Shown: positions 45,940 to 57,245 of the stretch, one piece after another
How positions within the stretch are numbered: the first letter of the stretch is position 1
Layout of the letters: each line of letters begins with the position of its first letter
NCBI GenBank assembly: GCA_964535035.1
Contig: CAZHRV010000010.1
Coordinates: 1-62,933, forward strand
From: an uncultured Rikenellaceae bacterium
Lineage (GTDB): Bacteria > Bacteroidota > Bacteroidia > Bacteroidales > VadinHA17
DNA length: 62,933 bases
Direction of reading: 5' to 3'
The notes under the pieces: model-generated
What the model was told of the DNA's origin: nothing
What the model saw: only the letters and a program-made list of their open reading frames with translations
Databases searched by the model: none
Program-made: the position numbers and the translations under genes

Positions 45940-48759
45940 TTAAATTGGGGACCGCATAACAAGCTTTCTGGCGAGATACTTTCCGGTATGCGATTTTTTG
46001 CATTTCGCGATATCTTCCGGCTTTCCTTCAAAGACAACATAACCGCCATCTTCTCCGCCTTCAGGCCCCAGATCGATAACCCAGTCACAGCTCTTTATAA
46101 CCTCCTGGTTATGTTCTATTAGAATTACAGAATGGCCATGATCCACAAGCGCATTTAATGATATAAGAAGTTTGTTTATATCATGAAAATGAAGTCCTGT
46201 GGTAGGCTCATCAAAAATAAACAGGATATGACCGGTGCCTATTTCCTGGCTCAGGAAATAGGCAAGCTTTACACGCTGGCTCTCTCCCCCGGAAAGAGTG
46301 CTTGATGACTGCCCCATTTTTATGTAACCAAGTCCTACATCCGATAATGGCTTTAATTTATTGATGATCCTCTTCTCACTCTTTCCCGGATGATTATTGA
46401 AGAAGTCAATAGCATCATCAATAGTCATCTCAAGCATATCATAGATGTTTTTACCATGATACCTGACCTCAAGGATCTCTTTTTTGAATCTCTTGCCTTT
46501 ACAGACTTCACAGGTAAGCTCTACATCAGCCATAAACTGCATCTCTACCCGTATTATTCCATCTCCCTGGCACTCCTCACATCGCCCTCCTTCAATGTTA
46601 AATGAAAAATGTGATGCTTTGAAGTTATTCTGTACCGATGCCTGCATCTCGGAATAAAGCCTCCTTATCTCATCGTATGCCTTGAGGTAGGTTACCGGAT
46701 TTGACCTGCTTGACTTTCCTATCGGATTCTGATTAACCATCTCAGTACCCGTGAGACCTGCAATATCCCCTGTGATCTCACTGAAACTACCCGGCCTCAG
46801 ATTATTGCCATATATTTTTTTTGAGAGATACCTGTACAAAGTATCTGATACAAGACTCGATTTTCCGGATCCGCTTACTCCTGTGACCGCCGTTATTGTA
46901 TGAAGCGGAAACTTTACATCTATCGATTTAAGGTTATTTTCCCTGGCTCCCCTGATTTCAATATAACTGTTCCATTTTCTTCTTATTGCCGGTACCGGTA
47001 CACAGAGCCTGCCGCTCAGGTAACCAGCTGTAAGTGAAGGATTTAAGCTTGTAAGATCCAGCCCTCCCTGAAAAACGACCTCACCGCCGAGCCTGCCTGC
47101 CTCGGGACCCATATCCACTATCTCATCGGCAGCCCTGATGATCTCTTCTTCATGCTCAACTACTATTACAGAGTTCCCGAGATCACGGAGCTCCTTCAAT
47201 ACTTTTATGAGAAGATTAGTGTCCCTGGGATGCAGTCCGATGCTCGGCTCATCAAGTATATACATTGAACCGACAAGATTGCTGCCAAGCGATGTCGACA
47301 GATTGATCCTCTGTAATTCTCCGCCTGAAAGGGTTGATGAGAGCCTGTCGAGAGTAAGATATGGCAGGCCGACATCGATGAGAAAACGAAGCCTTATTGT
47401 TATCTCCTTCAGAAGCCTCTCTGCAATAGCGGCATCAGAATCAGAAAGAGATATTTCACTGAAGAACCTGAATAGATTGTCCACAGGAAGGTTAACAAGC
47501 TCCTGGATCGTTTTCCCGGCAACTTTTACATATCCGGCCTCTTTACGTAATCTTGAACCCTTACATTCCGGGCAGGTGGTTTTACCACGATACCTGCTCA
47601 GAAGAACCCTGTACTGGATCTTGAATTTTTTCTCTTCCAGGTACTGAAAAAAGCGGTTTAATCCGTAAAAGTATTTGTTCCCTTTCCACAAGAGCTCTTT
47701 CTTCTCTTCGGAAAGCAGGTAATATGGTTTATGTATCGGGAAATCAAAGAGATTGGAGTTGTTAATAAGACGCTCCTTCCATTTTTTCATCTTTTCACCT
47801 TTCCAGCATGCAATAGCATCATCGTATACAGAAAGGTTTTGATCAGGAATTACAAGATTTTCATCGATGCCGATAATTTTACTGTATCCCTCGCAAACAG
47901 GACATGCACCGATAGGATTATTAAAGCTGAAGAGATATTCAGACGGTTCTTCAAACTGTATGCTGTCAGCTTCAAATTTATTTGAGAAACTCTCTCTCCT
48001 GATTTTCTTTTCTCCCTGCATCAACACCTGACAATAACCCTTACCTGTTTGAAAAGCAGTCTGGGCAGAATCGGCTGCCCTGCTGAAATTGTCCTCCGAG
48101 TGAGTGATAATTAGTCTGTCGATAACTATATTAACCCGCTGTCCGGGTTTATAATCTTCAGGATTCGTTATTTCATCGGTTCTGATAAGTTCACCTTCTG
48201 ATTCAATTCTGTCAAATCCCTGCTTGCTGATAAAGTTAAAGTATTCCTTTACATTAATGTTATCGGGTATTTCTGCAGAAGAGGTGATTATGACCTTAGT
48301 ATCTTCCGGAAGAGATGCCAGGAAGCTGACTATATCATCAACACTATGTTTTTTTACCTCCCTGCCTGAAACAGGAGAATAGGTGCGCCCGATTCTGGCA
48401 AAAAAAAGCCTCATGTAGTCATAAATCTCGGTTGATGTTCCAACGGTGGATCTGGGATTGCGTGAATTTATCTTTTGTTCTATGGCAATGGCAGGGGGGA
48501 TGCCGTTAATAAAATCAACCTCCGGCTTGTTCATCCTGCCAAGGAACTGGCGGGCATAAGCCGACAGGCTCTCTACGTACCTTCTCTGACCTTCTGCATA
48601 AATAGTATCAAAAGCGAGTGATGATTTCCCTGAACCCGAAACTCCCGTTATTACAACCAGCCTGTTTCTTGGTATACTTACAGTGATATTCTTTAAATTG
48701 TGAACCCTTGCCCCTCTGATTTCAATACTTCCGTTCATCACTGATTTCAGGCTGTTCAT
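45940..48759 (-). CDS. uvrA: Excinuclease ABC subunit A
   Basis: 939 aa with two ABC modules (GVSGSGKSS twice) and zinc-finger cysteines. Confidence 0.93.
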   Translation of the reverse strand: MNSLKSVMNGSIEIRGARVHNLKNITVSIPRNRLVVITGVSGSGKSSLAFDTIYAEGQRRYVESLSAYARQFLGRMNKPEVDFINGIPPAIAIEQKINSRNPRSTVGTSTEIYDYMRLFFARIGRTYSPVSGREVKKHSVDDIVSFLASLPEDTKVIITSSAEIPDNINVKEYFNFISKQGFDRIESEGELIRTDEITNPEDYKPGQRVNIVIDRLIITHSEDNFSRAADSAQTAFQTGKGYCQVLMQGEKKIRRESFSNKFEADSIQFEEPSEYLFSFNNPIGACPVCEGYSKIIGIDENLVIPDQNLSVYDDAIACWKGEKMKKWKERLINNSNLFDFPIHKPYYLLSEEKKELLWKGNKYFYGLNRFFQYLEEKKFKIQYRVLLSRYRGKTTCPECKGSRLRKEAGYVKVAGKTIQELVNLPVDNLFRFFSEISLSDSDAAIAERLLKEITIRLRFLIDVGLPYLTLDRLSSTLSGGELQRINLSTSLGSNLVGSMYILDEPSIGLHPRDTNLLIKVLKELRDLGNSVIVVEHEEEIIRAADEIVDMGPEAGRLGGEVVFQGGLDLTSLNPSLTAGYLSGRLCVPVPAIRRKWNSYIEIRGARENNLKSIDVKFPLHTITAVTGVSGSGKSSLVSDTLYRYLSKKIYGNNLRPGSFSEITGDIAGLTGTEMVNQNPIGKSSRSNPVTYLKAYDEIRRLYSEMQASVQNNFKASHFSFNIEGGRCEECQGDGIIRVEMQFMADVELTCEVCKGKRFKKEILEVRYHGKNIYDMLEMTIDDAIDFFNNHPGKSEKRIINKLKPLSDVGLGYIKMGQSSSTLSGGESQRVKLAYFLSQEIGTGHILFIFDEPTTGLHFHDINKLLISLNALVDHGHSVILIEHNQEVIKSCDWVIDLGPEGGEDGGYVVFEGKPEDIAKCKKSHTGKYLARKLVMRSPI

Positions 48760-48779
48760 GTAAAATTTTTGTTAAAATT

Positions 48780-48787
48780 CAAAAGTA
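48780..48787 (-). promoter_or_regulatory. Bacteroidota -7 promoter motif (TACTTTTG on the minus strand)
   Basis: Lies 21 nt upstream of the uvrA start. Confidence 0.45.
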
Positions 48788-48897
48788 ATATTTTAAGTTT
48801 AAAAAATTTTGCTTTCTTTTGTGTTACGTTAAATATCATAAATAAGGAGGGACTGCCTATTAAACAACTCTACTCTTGGTAATTTAAAGAGAGAGCT

Positions 48898-49485
48898 ATG
48901 AAAGAAATGATATCCGATTATGAACTGATACAGAGGTTCATAGGAGGTGAGCAGTCTTGCTTTGAGCAAATAATCCACCGTCATAAGAATAAAGTTTTTG
49001 GGTATATAAATTTATATATACACGATCAGGCGCTTGCTGAAGATCTTTTCCAGGATACCTTTATGAAAGTTATACAGTCTGTAAGGGTTGGAAGGTATTA
49101 CGATAACGGAAAATTTCTTTCCTGGGTCATGCGTATTGCCCATAACCTTATAATTGATCATTTCAGGAGAGTAAAGCAGATGAATACAATATCGAACGAC
49201 AACTATGAGTCGGATCTGTTTAATACAAAGAAAATGGCAGAAGATACGGTTGAAGATAATATGATCAGGAAACAGATACAAAAGGATGTCAGGAAAATTA
49301 TCAACCTTCTTCCGGACGATCAGCGGGAAGTGGTTATTCTGCGCCACTATGCGGGTATGAGTTTCAAAGAGATCGCCCAGCTAACCGATGTCAGCATCAA
49401 TACTGCCCTGGGAAGGATGAGATACGCCCTCATCAATATGAGAAAGCTGATGGAGGAGAAAAAGATAAGTCTTACACTTGATTGA
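48898..49485 (+). CDS. ECF-type sigma-70 family RNA polymerase sigma factor
   Basis: 195 aa with region 2 (DLFQDTFMKV...IAHNLIIDHFRR) and region 4 (REVVILRHYAGMSFKEIA). Confidence 0.88.
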   Translation: MKEMISDYELIQRFIGGEQSCFEQIIHRHKNKVFGYINLYIHDQALAEDLFQDTFMKVIQSVRVGRYYDNGKFLSWVMRIAHNLIIDHFRRVKQMNTISNDNYESDLFNTKKMAEDTVEDNMIRKQIQKDVRKIINLLPDDQREVVILRHYAGMSFKEIAQLTDVSINTALGRMRYALINMRKLMEEKKISLTLD

Positions 49486-49610
49486 GGCATTAGGGCATTA
49501 AGGCTTAACGTTCTGGCGCCGTATTGCCTTAACGGAAATTTATGCATTTAAAATTTCCTTTAAAAAAACAATAATAGTCCGGGCATTGCGTTTACAAAAA
49601 AAATGAAAAC

Positions 49611-49808
49611 ATGACGCCTATGGGATCAACTTCTACTCCGTTCCTTTCATATCGCGATATTAGTACTGACGGAATTGACCTTTATGAAGACGCATGGGGT
49701 TTTTTCACGGAGTTCAGTGATGTGATCGGTCTTTTGCAACAGGTCAGACCTGTTCCTGATGAACGGCTCATAAGCCGTACAATTAAGAAAATCAGAAATA
49801 TAAACTGA
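49611..49808 (+). CDS. Hypothetical small protein downstream of the ECF sigma factor
   Basis: 65 aa on the same strand, followed by a terminator. It has no TM segment and no recognised motif. Confidence 0.3.
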   Translation: MTPMGSTSTPFLSYRDISTDGIDLYEDAWGFFTEFSDVIGLLQQVRPVPDERLISRTIKKIRNIN

Positions 49809-49887
49809 AAAAAAAGGGGCTGTCTCAAAAGGCACCACCTCCCCCTAACCTTTCGGTCAGGGCTCCCCTTCAACCTGGCTCCTACCT

Positions 49888-49913
49888 AAAATTGCCCCCC
49901 GGGCAATTTTTTT
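49888..49913 (+). terminator. Intrinsic terminator
   Basis: AAAATTGCCC-CCC-GGGCAATTTT plus a T-run. Confidence 0.7.
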
Positions 49914-50067
49914 ACGGTCGGCCCCCTCTGAAGAGGAGGAGAAAGTTAATATATTATAAATCAGCACTTTCCCCTCCTTTTTAAAGGAGAGCCTGCCCCG
50001 CTGTAACGGGGGGTGTCATGCCCGAAGGGTCATGACGGGGTGGTTTTTCACCAGTTGATAAAAGTGT

Positions 50068-50772
50068 TTACTGGTTGATAAAGTAAATGGAATGGCAGGC
50101 GGCAACGCCTGCCGTTTCTGTTCTGAGCCGGCTGTTCCCGAGGTGTACCGTGATAATACCTTTTCTGACAGCCATATCTGTTTCCTCTTCAGAGAAATCA
50201 CCTTCGGGCCCAACCATAATAACTGCGGGGACTCCTTTTCTATATACCTCTGCAATACTTTTACGTTCAGCTCTGCTGTTACAATGTGCCAGCATCACAA
50301 TCCCTTTTGCTTTGTTATCCGGAAAATCACTGAATAAGCAGGGTGGATTCAGGATTGTATCATGAGCTTTAAGTGACTGTTTCATGGCAGAAATGATAAT
50401 ATTCCGGATACGCTCAGGTTTTATACCTGGTTTTTCAGTGTTCCTGCAGATCAGGGGAGTGATCTCATCAATACCTATTTCGACACTCTTTTCAATAAAC
50501 CATTCGAACCGCTCAGGATTCTTTAGCGGTGATATAGCGATATGAAGCCTGTAATTTCTCCTTTCAAAATCTTTAATAACATTAAGGATCTGTATTTTAC
50601 ATTTCTTCTGATCAGCATCAGCTATTATACCCTCAAACAAGTTACCCTTTCCGTCAATTAATCTGACGGTTTCCCCTTTATTCATTCTTAGAACCCTGAT
50701 TATATGCTTTGATTCCTTTTCATTAAGAATGTAAATATCACCGGAAACATCAGGGGCATAAAATACCTGCAT
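50068..50772 (-). CDS. rsmE: 16S rRNA (uracil1498-N3)-methyltransferase RsmE
   Basis: It has an MQVFYAPD start (moved from 50799) and the C-terminal motif GPEGDFS...LGNSRLRTETA. Confidence 0.88.
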   Translation of the reverse strand: MQVFYAPDVSGDIYILNEKESKHIIRVLRMNKGETVRLIDGKGNLFEGIIADADQKKCKIQILNVIKDFERRNYRLHIAISPLKNPERFEWFIEKSVEIGIDEITPLICRNTEKPGIKPERIRNIIISAMKQSLKAHDTILNPPCLFSDFPDNKAKGIVMLAHCNSRAERKSIAEVYRKGVPAVIMVGPEGDFSEEETDMAVRKGIITVHLGNSRLRTETAGVAACHSIYFINQ

Positions 50773-50807
50773 CGCGTAACTTTTATACAAAAATAGCAAA
50801 TAACCTT

Positions 50808-53800
50808 CTACTGGTTTAAGGGATTCATGGCATCATCGGTGCCTGTCATTCTTCTTAGAAATCTTGCAAGCCTGTCCTCCACGGCTATCATATATGTATA
50901 AGGTTCTCTCACCGAAGAGTCAGGATGTTTCCTGAGATTCTGTTTTGTATTGGCTATAAGCGTATTATAATTAATATTCCCTGCCTGTGTCATCATATTA
51001 CCCCTTATATAGGAGAAATAGTACCATGTTGATTCATCAGCTTTGAGATAAATATCAAACATATCTCCTGATCTTCTTCGCTGGATCTCAATAAATCCGT
51101 CAACATATACATTAACTGGTTGTGTTCCTATAAATCCGATACCTATTTTCCCTGTCGATCTGAATGAGGATGAAGATTCGTTCCAGTAGAGCTTTACATC
51201 GTTAAGCAGCAGTTCGAAATTGAATTCTTTTGGCAGGTTCCTGGTTGTTCCGAACAGATTCAGATCCTCTTTTATACGATTGGCAGCTTCATCTCCCAAA
51301 AGGTCCTTCATCCCCTTGTTATATATTTCGCTGTTAAGGTTTACCGCTTTCAGTGTTGGCATCATTCGTATTTCATCGCTCATTATCGTAAGGGCTTCCG
51401 GGGAGAAATAAAAGTCAAAAGCCATAACAGCTTCAATGTTAACATCTCCGGAATCGAGTTTATGTATTACTTTCCCGGCACTTGTCATATTGACAAGATC
51501 GTAATCTGCTCCAAAATTAAGCCTCCCTTCACCCGATAAAAGACAGTAATTCCTGTCAAAAGCTATCATGTTACCGTGAAGGCTCTGATCAGCCAGTTTT
51601 TCACGTGATGTGATGAGATACCTGTTTTTGGCTTTCTCATAATAAATAAATCCGTATGAGTTGACCAGGTTTGCATCGGTCCAGGATTTCTGTGCTGAGA
51701 GGAATGCAGGGTAAATATGAATTGAATCAATATTGATAAATGAACCGGAAAAGACCATATTATCGTTAATATCACGCGGTTTCTCACTTATCGGGATCAT
51801 GACGTTCTCAGGATCGATATATGATTTGAATTTAACCGGGTAGCTTTTAATTTCATCGCAATTATGAATAATCCCTGACGCTCCGGTGAATGAAAGAAGT
51901 TTATTTCTGGCATAGAGGTTGACATCACCTGAGAATGTAAAATAGGGGCTTAACATAAAATTTTGATTGACAGCTATATAACCTTTTGCGCTTGTTGCCA
52001 TTGTATCGACAGTAACTTCCGGAAAACTTATTTGCTGTACCTCCTTGTTTTCATCAATATAATCGTAAACTGCACTACCATAATACCGTTTTGTCGATTC
52101 TATGTCAATTTTTGCTGAATGAAGTATATGGTTGTTATTAACTGCTATAACAGCATTCTGCAGTTGTTTTATTTTTGCTCTCCGGTTAATAGTGATCTTC
52201 CCTTTTTCAGGTTGAATGAGGGCATCGGCAATATGGATATAATTGATATCTTCTGCTTCAATATACTCTTCGTCAAGATTATATGTCCCTTTCCATGAAG
52301 AGAATGAAATGGTATCTCCTATTACATTTGTTGCAAAGAAGGTTGGCTCGTCGAGATTTGTAAAATCAAGTGTAAGGAGTTTATCCGGAGGCAGCAGCTC
52401 AGAACCTGTTTTTCCTTTTTGTTCCATATTAAGCACCCGGGTTGCCATATCATAAGTAAAATCTGTCATGGTGCAATTATACTGGATCTCAGGGAATTTA
52501 ACCATTGATGTATCTGTGTTCAGATGAAACTGGGATGTCTGAAGACCGAAATTGACATCTGTTCTGACATTTTCAGCAATGAATGCATATCCTGCAGTAG
52601 AGGTTGATTTTAAGTTATAAACTGAAGTATCCGCTTTTATCTGGTTGGTAGAAAAACTGAAGAGATCGGAGGTTATCCTTGAATCAACAGTATTAACAAT
52701 TCCTGATCCACTTAGGATAGAGGGTGTGAGCGTAAGGCTCCCGTCAAGTGTTGTTCCATTCTCAAACATTTCAAAGTTTTTGCCCTTTGCATTTGATGCC
52801 AGCCACTCATCTTTCCTTGTTATCCATTTTACTGAGACATCTTCACTGTTAACGTCAGGAAAGAGCCCGGCCCCGTCTTTTATTACATTAAATGCGGAAG
52901 CCTCTGTTAGCATCGAATCAGGGAAGAATTTAAACTCTTCCGATACGGTTGTGGAGGTCAGGTGTTTCAGGGAACCGCTGCCGATTAGTCCGTTATTGCT
53001 CATACTTAGATTATCGTATAAAATGCCCTTTTTCCCGTACACCTCTATTCCCTCTTCAGGTACGGCCATATTGAATCCAAGGGAATTATTCTCCTGTATA
53101 GTAAGATATTGCCGGGTTGGCTCCAGAATATTTCCTGCAATGAATTCACCGGCAAGGTTCATATCTTCGTTCGAGTAGTGATCAATATTTTCATAGATGA
53201 AGGGGTCGACCTTGAAATAAAAGTCCCCCTGAGGATATATTCCTTCGAGTCCCGGTAAATTATCAAAGAAGATGTAAGAGAATGTTACAGCATTAATAAT
53301 CGGATACTGTTTAAGGTTCTTCAATCCCGACTTATTATCCGGTTCATCGATATAAAGATCTGCGGTTCCCATCTGGATCAGGTTGTCGACCTCTTTGATC
53401 ACGTGATTACCATAATCATCCCTTTCCTTTGTTTCCACTGCAATCCTGATGGAATCAATCTTTTCGAGTCTTAATTTAAAAGTATCATAGTCGAATGAGA
53501 AATTGTGACCGAAGACGGTAAACAGACCTGCCTGAACGATTCCATCGAAGGCAATGCTCCTGTTTTTTCCTATTACCAGCTGTTTTTTATAGGGGTATAT
53601 TGCAACACGCTGTGAATCACTCAGGTAGACTCCTGATACGCCGTTTACTGTCAGTCGGAAATTTCTTAGATCAAGGATAGCGTTATCAGTTGGGGCTGAT
53701 GTTTCACTGATAATATTAAGGACATCATAATCCTTTCTTTTTGCATAAGATTCAAGAAAATCATCAACCTTGTTCTTTAGTGTTATTTCATTATACTTTC

Positions 53801-55301
53801 GGTCATAGAAAACAAAACCCCTGTTGGCCATATCAATACACAAACCGGTAACAGCTTCAACAGGTCTGTTTAGCCAGCTGGCAAATTCCTCAACTGGGAA
53901 TGTGGTTGAATAAAACCATTCCGCAAACTTTTTAAGCCTGAAGAGGGGGTGGTAATCATCAATTCCAGCCAGCCTCATGAAATAGTTTTCATCATAGAAT
54001 GAGGTGGATTCAAATTGTGCCTGCCCCAGTGCAGCTCCTCTCGGTCTTGAAAGTATGATTTTTGAACTGTTCATGTCCCATGACAGATACTCAAAATACA
54101 TGTCGAGGTTGTGAAAGGAATTAAAATAGGGGCTTCTTGAAACCGGATTACTGCCGCGAAAAAGATTTACCTGCCGCATTGCTGAATTATAGGAAAATCC
54201 CAGATTTGAATTATAGATCGAATCTTCATCGAGGTACAGCGACATATTTACTTCAGCACTGTTGAGTCCGGCCTTGGAAAAGATAAACTCATCTGATTTT
54301 ATCTTAAGATAAAGTGTGTCATTTCTGAAAAGAGTGATCTTTGCAGGCAGGTTCTGTGTTCCGGAACCTTTTACTGTTGCTCCTTCAAAAGTAAGACCGC
54401 CTTCATAATTTACTCCTTCATAAATATTTTCCAGCCGGAACTCCTTAATATATGTTTCAAAGCGCGGAAAGTTGGCTCTCTCCTTATTTTTAAAAGTGAT
54501 CGCCTGGTCAGTCAGGGTTCCGTAAACTGGTTCTCTGAAATATGTACTGTGTGTCAGTTTTGCAGAATCAATAGTAAAGTTGTTTCTTGTAATGTTGATG
54601 ATATAATCTTCAATTTCCGTGTAAACATCTTTCCTTTCATAGCCTGCTTTTTCCCACGTTATAATGCCTTTTTTGCCATGAAACTGCTGTATATCAGGGA
54701 AATAATAGCCTGAAACATTATATATCTCAGTACTGTCCTTTTGTGAATAACAGGTTAGAGTAGCATCTTTCACCTCAATATAGAATACGGTGTCATGCAA
54801 AAATATCAGTGGCTTGTCCTTTACTTTCCAGCGGATTGCCGATGATTCGGAGAGTACATTATCTTTGATCATCAACCCGGTATTCCTGATATACCTGGCA
54901 ATATTGTCAGTTGAGAACCTTGGATTGAAGAGTGTCTCACTGAGTCCTGTGAGCCATGTGCCCAGGATCTCTTCCTCATCCCCCTTTTCATTAAAAGCTT
55001 TCAGGGTCAGGAAAAAGTCATTAAAGTGAGGTACTGGTCTCATCGACCTGGCTGAGAACTGGCTGGTGATATCAATTATCCGTGTCATGTTATCCCTGCT
55101 GAAGGCAACACTGTCCCAGCTTGTAAGAAAATTATTCAGATTGGTTTTTTGTTCATCATTCAGGTTTGGTCCCATGAATTGTATAAGTTCCTCACGGTAT
55201 TTTACCGGATCACCGGTAAAGGGAGATCTTACCTGTGAAAAAAGCTGACCAGGAAAAGGTACCTGAGTTATAAGAATCAATAAAGCCAGTCTTTTAAACA
55301 T
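50808..55301 (-). CDS. Very large secreted hypothetical protein (1497 aa)
   Basis: It has a signal peptide (ends FSQ), then an uninterrupted ORF with normal composition and no TM segments. I recognise no family. Confidence 0.7.
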   Translation of the reverse strand: MFKRLALLILITQVPFPGQLFSQVRSPFTGDPVKYREELIQFMGPNLNDEQKTNLNNFLTSWDSVAFSRDNMTRIIDITSQFSARSMRPVPHFNDFFLTLKAFNEKGDEEEILGTWLTGLSETLFNPRFSTDNIARYIRNTGLMIKDNVLSESSAIRWKVKDKPLIFLHDTVFYIEVKDATLTCYSQKDSTEIYNVSGYYFPDIQQFHGKKGIITWEKAGYERKDVYTEIEDYIINITRNNFTIDSAKLTHSTYFREPVYGTLTDQAITFKNKERANFPRFETYIKEFRLENIYEGVNYEGGLTFEGATVKGSGTQNLPAKITLFRNDTLYLKIKSDEFIFSKAGLNSAEVNMSLYLDEDSIYNSNLGFSYNSAMRQVNLFRGSNPVSRSPYFNSFHNLDMYFEYLSWDMNSSKIILSRPRGAALGQAQFESTSFYDENYFMRLAGIDDYHPLFRLKKFAEWFYSTTFPVEEFASWLNRPVEAVTGLCIDMANRGFVFYDRKYNEITLKNKVDDFLESYAKRKDYDVLNIISETSAPTDNAILDLRNFRLTVNGVSGVYLSDSQRVAIYPYKKQLVIGKNRSIAFDGIVQAGLFTVFGHNFSFDYDTFKLRLEKIDSIRIAVETKERDDYGNHVIKEVDNLIQMGTADLYIDEPDNKSGLKNLKQYPIINAVTFSYIFFDNLPGLEGIYPQGDFYFKVDPFIYENIDHYSNEDMNLAGEFIAGNILEPTRQYLTIQENNSLGFNMAVPEEGIEVYGKKGILYDNLSMSNNGLIGSGSLKHLTSTTVSEEFKFFPDSMLTEASAFNVIKDGAGLFPDVNSEDVSVKWITRKDEWLASNAKGKNFEMFENGTTLDGSLTLTPSILSGSGIVNTVDSRITSDLFSFSTNQIKADTSVYNLKSTSTAGYAFIAENVRTDVNFGLQTSQFHLNTDTSMVKFPEIQYNCTMTDFTYDMATRVLNMEQKGKTGSELLPPDKLLTLDFTNLDEPTFFATNVIGDTISFSSWKGTYNLDEEYIEAEDINYIHIADALIQPEKGKITINRRAKIKQLQNAVIAVNNNHILHSAKIDIESTKRYYGSAVYDYIDENKEVQQISFPEVTVDTMATSAKGYIAVNQNFMLSPYFTFSGDVNLYARNKLLSFTGASGIIHNCDEIKSYPVKFKSYIDPENVMIPISEKPRDINDNMVFSGSFINIDSIHIYPAFLSAQKSWTDANLVNSYGFIYYEKAKNRYLITSREKLADQSLHGNMIAFDRNYCLLSGEGRLNFGADYDLVNMTSAGKVIHKLDSGDVNIEAVMAFDFYFSPEALTIMSDEIRMMPTLKAVNLNSEIYNKGMKDLLGDEAANRIKEDLNLFGTTRNLPKEFNFELLLNDVKLYWNESSSSFRSTGKIGIGFIGTQPVNVYVDGFIEIQRRRSGDMFDIYLKADESTWYYFSYIRGNMMTQAGNINYNTLIANTKQNLRKHPDSSVREPYTYMIAVEDRLARFLRRMTGTDDAMNPLNQ

Positions 55302-55351
55302 AATTTTACTTTTCTGCTTCCACCCATCTTTCAGAGAGATTGGGGGGCATC

Positions 55352-56110
55352 TTAAATAGCTTCCACTATAGCTGTAAAATCTTCTTTCTTCAGGGAGGCA
55401 CCGCCAATCAGTCCGCCGTCCACATCGGGTTTTGAAAAAATCTCACGGGCATTCGACGGTTTACAGCTTCCGCCATAGAGTATAGTCAATTGATCCGCAG
55501 ATTCATTTCCATATTTCTCTTTTACCAGCCCGCGGATATATTGATGCATCTCCTGGGCCTGGTTGGGAGTCGCTGTCAGTCCTGTGCCGATTGCCCATAC
55601 AGGTTCATAAGCTATAATTATTCTCTTCATATCATCGGCAGAAAGAGTGAACAGGCCCTCCTCAAGCTGTCGCCTGACAACGCTGAATTGTTTTTCTGCC
55701 TCACGTTCCGCCTTTACTTCGCCACAGCAAAAAATTACCGACAGACCATTATCAATTGCAAGTGTTGTTTTCCTGTTAAGAAGCTTGTCATCCTCATGGT
55801 AATATGTTCTTCGTTCAGAGTGTCCGATAATGACATAACCGGCGCCGGTGCTTTTAATCATGGTTGCAGATACCTCTCCCGTGTAGGCACCAGATGGTTC
55901 TGATGCACAGTTCTGAGCACTCAGCGACACATTCCCGTTTTTCAGTATTTCAGCAACTCCTGAAAGATGTATAAAAGGTGTACACAGTATAACCTCTGCC
56001 TTTGTTGAAGGTTTTACTCTGTAATATTCATCAACAGCTTGTGCAAATGCAAGTCCCTCTTGCATATCCATATTCATTTTCCAGTTACCGGCTACAATCT
56101 TTTTTCTCAT
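55352..56110 (-). CDS. tpiA: Triosephosphate isomerase
   Basis: 252 aa with [15 protein letters not shown] and [11 protein letters not shown]. Confidence 0.95.
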   Translation of the reverse strand: MRKKIVAGNWKMNMDMQEGLAFAQAVDEYYRVKPSTKAEVILCTPFIHLSGVAEILKNGNVSLSAQNCASEPSGAYTGEVSATMIKSTGAGYVIIGHSERRTYYHEDDKLLNRKTTLAIDNGLSVIFCCGEVKAEREAEKQFSVVRRQLEEGLFTLSADDMKRIIIAYEPVWAIGTGLTATPNQAQEMHQYIRGLVKEKYGNESADQLTILYGGSCKPSNAREIFSKPDVDGGLIGGASLKKEDFTAIVEAI

Positions 56111-56134
56111 ATTATTATGTATTAAAATTAAAAT

Positions 56135-57244
56135 TTATTGTGTATAAAACATTTCGACAAACACCTCTTTTTCAGGAGGATTTGCCCATGACCATTTACC
56201 TGTTACTGTACCCTCCTTTAACATCATATAACCGGGATTTGATCTGATCATGGTTTTCAGTGTTATCTCATCAGTAAAGCAGAAGGTGAGTCCGTTGTCA
56301 AATTTCATTACTTCATCAGCACCTGAGGCTGTAAGTATATAAAAGTCGATCATATTATCCATGCAGTAATATCCGAGTTCAAATCCGTTTCTCAGCAATT
56401 CCTGATCAGTATCTTCAAGTTTCCTGACAATCATAAGTATTACAGGTTTTTGCGATGATAATATCTGATCTGTGAGATCCTCGTCATGGATGGTGGTAAT
56501 TGTGAAATCATGAATAGGAGGCAGATATCCCTTTTTAATCAGAATAGACTTTTGTTCCACAAATTTCCATGTTGTATCATTTGCCGGGTAATTATCAAGA
56601 GTAAACTCCTTTACCTGGCCATCTTTTTCATAAATGAATGTTGTCTCATATGTATCAACCGGTTTGCCTTCGGGAATGATCATTTGATCAGGAATGTATG
56701 TGTCTTTTTTGTATGGCAGGAAATCGATTATGGGAAGATACTTCAGATTATAAAATATAAAAGATACGAAAATAACCATCACAATGGATATTATTACCCA
56801 CTCCCTTGTATATCCGTATTGAGCAGCTATTCTTTTCCGTGTTAAAAAAAGATATAGAGCAGGCACCAGCAAAATAATATTTTTCCAGAATGTCTGCCAG
56901 TTGGTTAAATGAATTGCATCGCCAAAACATCCGCAGTCAGAAACCGGGTTTGTAAGCGCAAGGATAAATGTAAGGGGGGTGAAGAATATCATCATGATCA
57001 TTATGATCCAGATGCCTGTTTTTTGCCGTATATTGAACAGAATGCTTAATCCTGCAATAAATTCAGCCGAACAGAGAAAAATTGCAAACAGAAGGCTGAA
57101 ACTTGTAAGAAAATCTATGTTAAATGCGGTAAAATAATCCTGTAACTTATATACTGTACCCATAGGATCAATAGCCTTTACTACTCCTGAGAATATAAAA
57201 ACTGTTCCGATAATTATTCTGCTAAGGATCCTTAAAATTTTCAT
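56135..57244 (-). CDS. DoxX/MauE-type membrane domain fused to a C-terminal soluble domain
   Basis: 369 aa. The N-terminus has 4-5 TM helices (IIGTVFIFSGVVKAIDP) and a CGCFG motif. The ~190-aa C-terminal domain is hydrophilic. Confidence 0.65.
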   Translation of the reverse strand: MKILRILSRIIIGTVFIFSGVVKAIDPMGTVYKLQDYFTAFNIDFLTSFSLLFAIFLCSAEFIAGLSILFNIRQKTGIWIIMIMMIFFTPLTFILALTNPVSDCGCFGDAIHLTNWQTFWKNIILLVPALYLFLTRKRIAAQYGYTREWVIISIVMVIFVSFIFYNLKYLPIIDFLPYKKDTYIPDQMIIPEGKPVDTYETTFIYEKDGQVKEFTLDNYPANDTTWKFVEQKSILIKKGYLPPIHDFTITTIHDEDLTDQILSSQKPVILMIVRKLEDTDQELLRNGFELGYYCMDNMIDFYILTASGADEVMKFDNGLTFCFTDEITLKTMIRSNPGYMMLKEGTVTGKWSWANPPEKEVFVEMFYTQ

Positions 57245-57245
57245 T

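Noticed and set aside
47138-47647. 169-aa plus-strand ORF.
   Set aside because: It runs antisense within uvrA.
52645-53178. 177-aa plus-strand ORF.
   Set aside because: It runs antisense within the 1497-aa gene. It is Ser/Pro-rich, as is typical of reverse frames.
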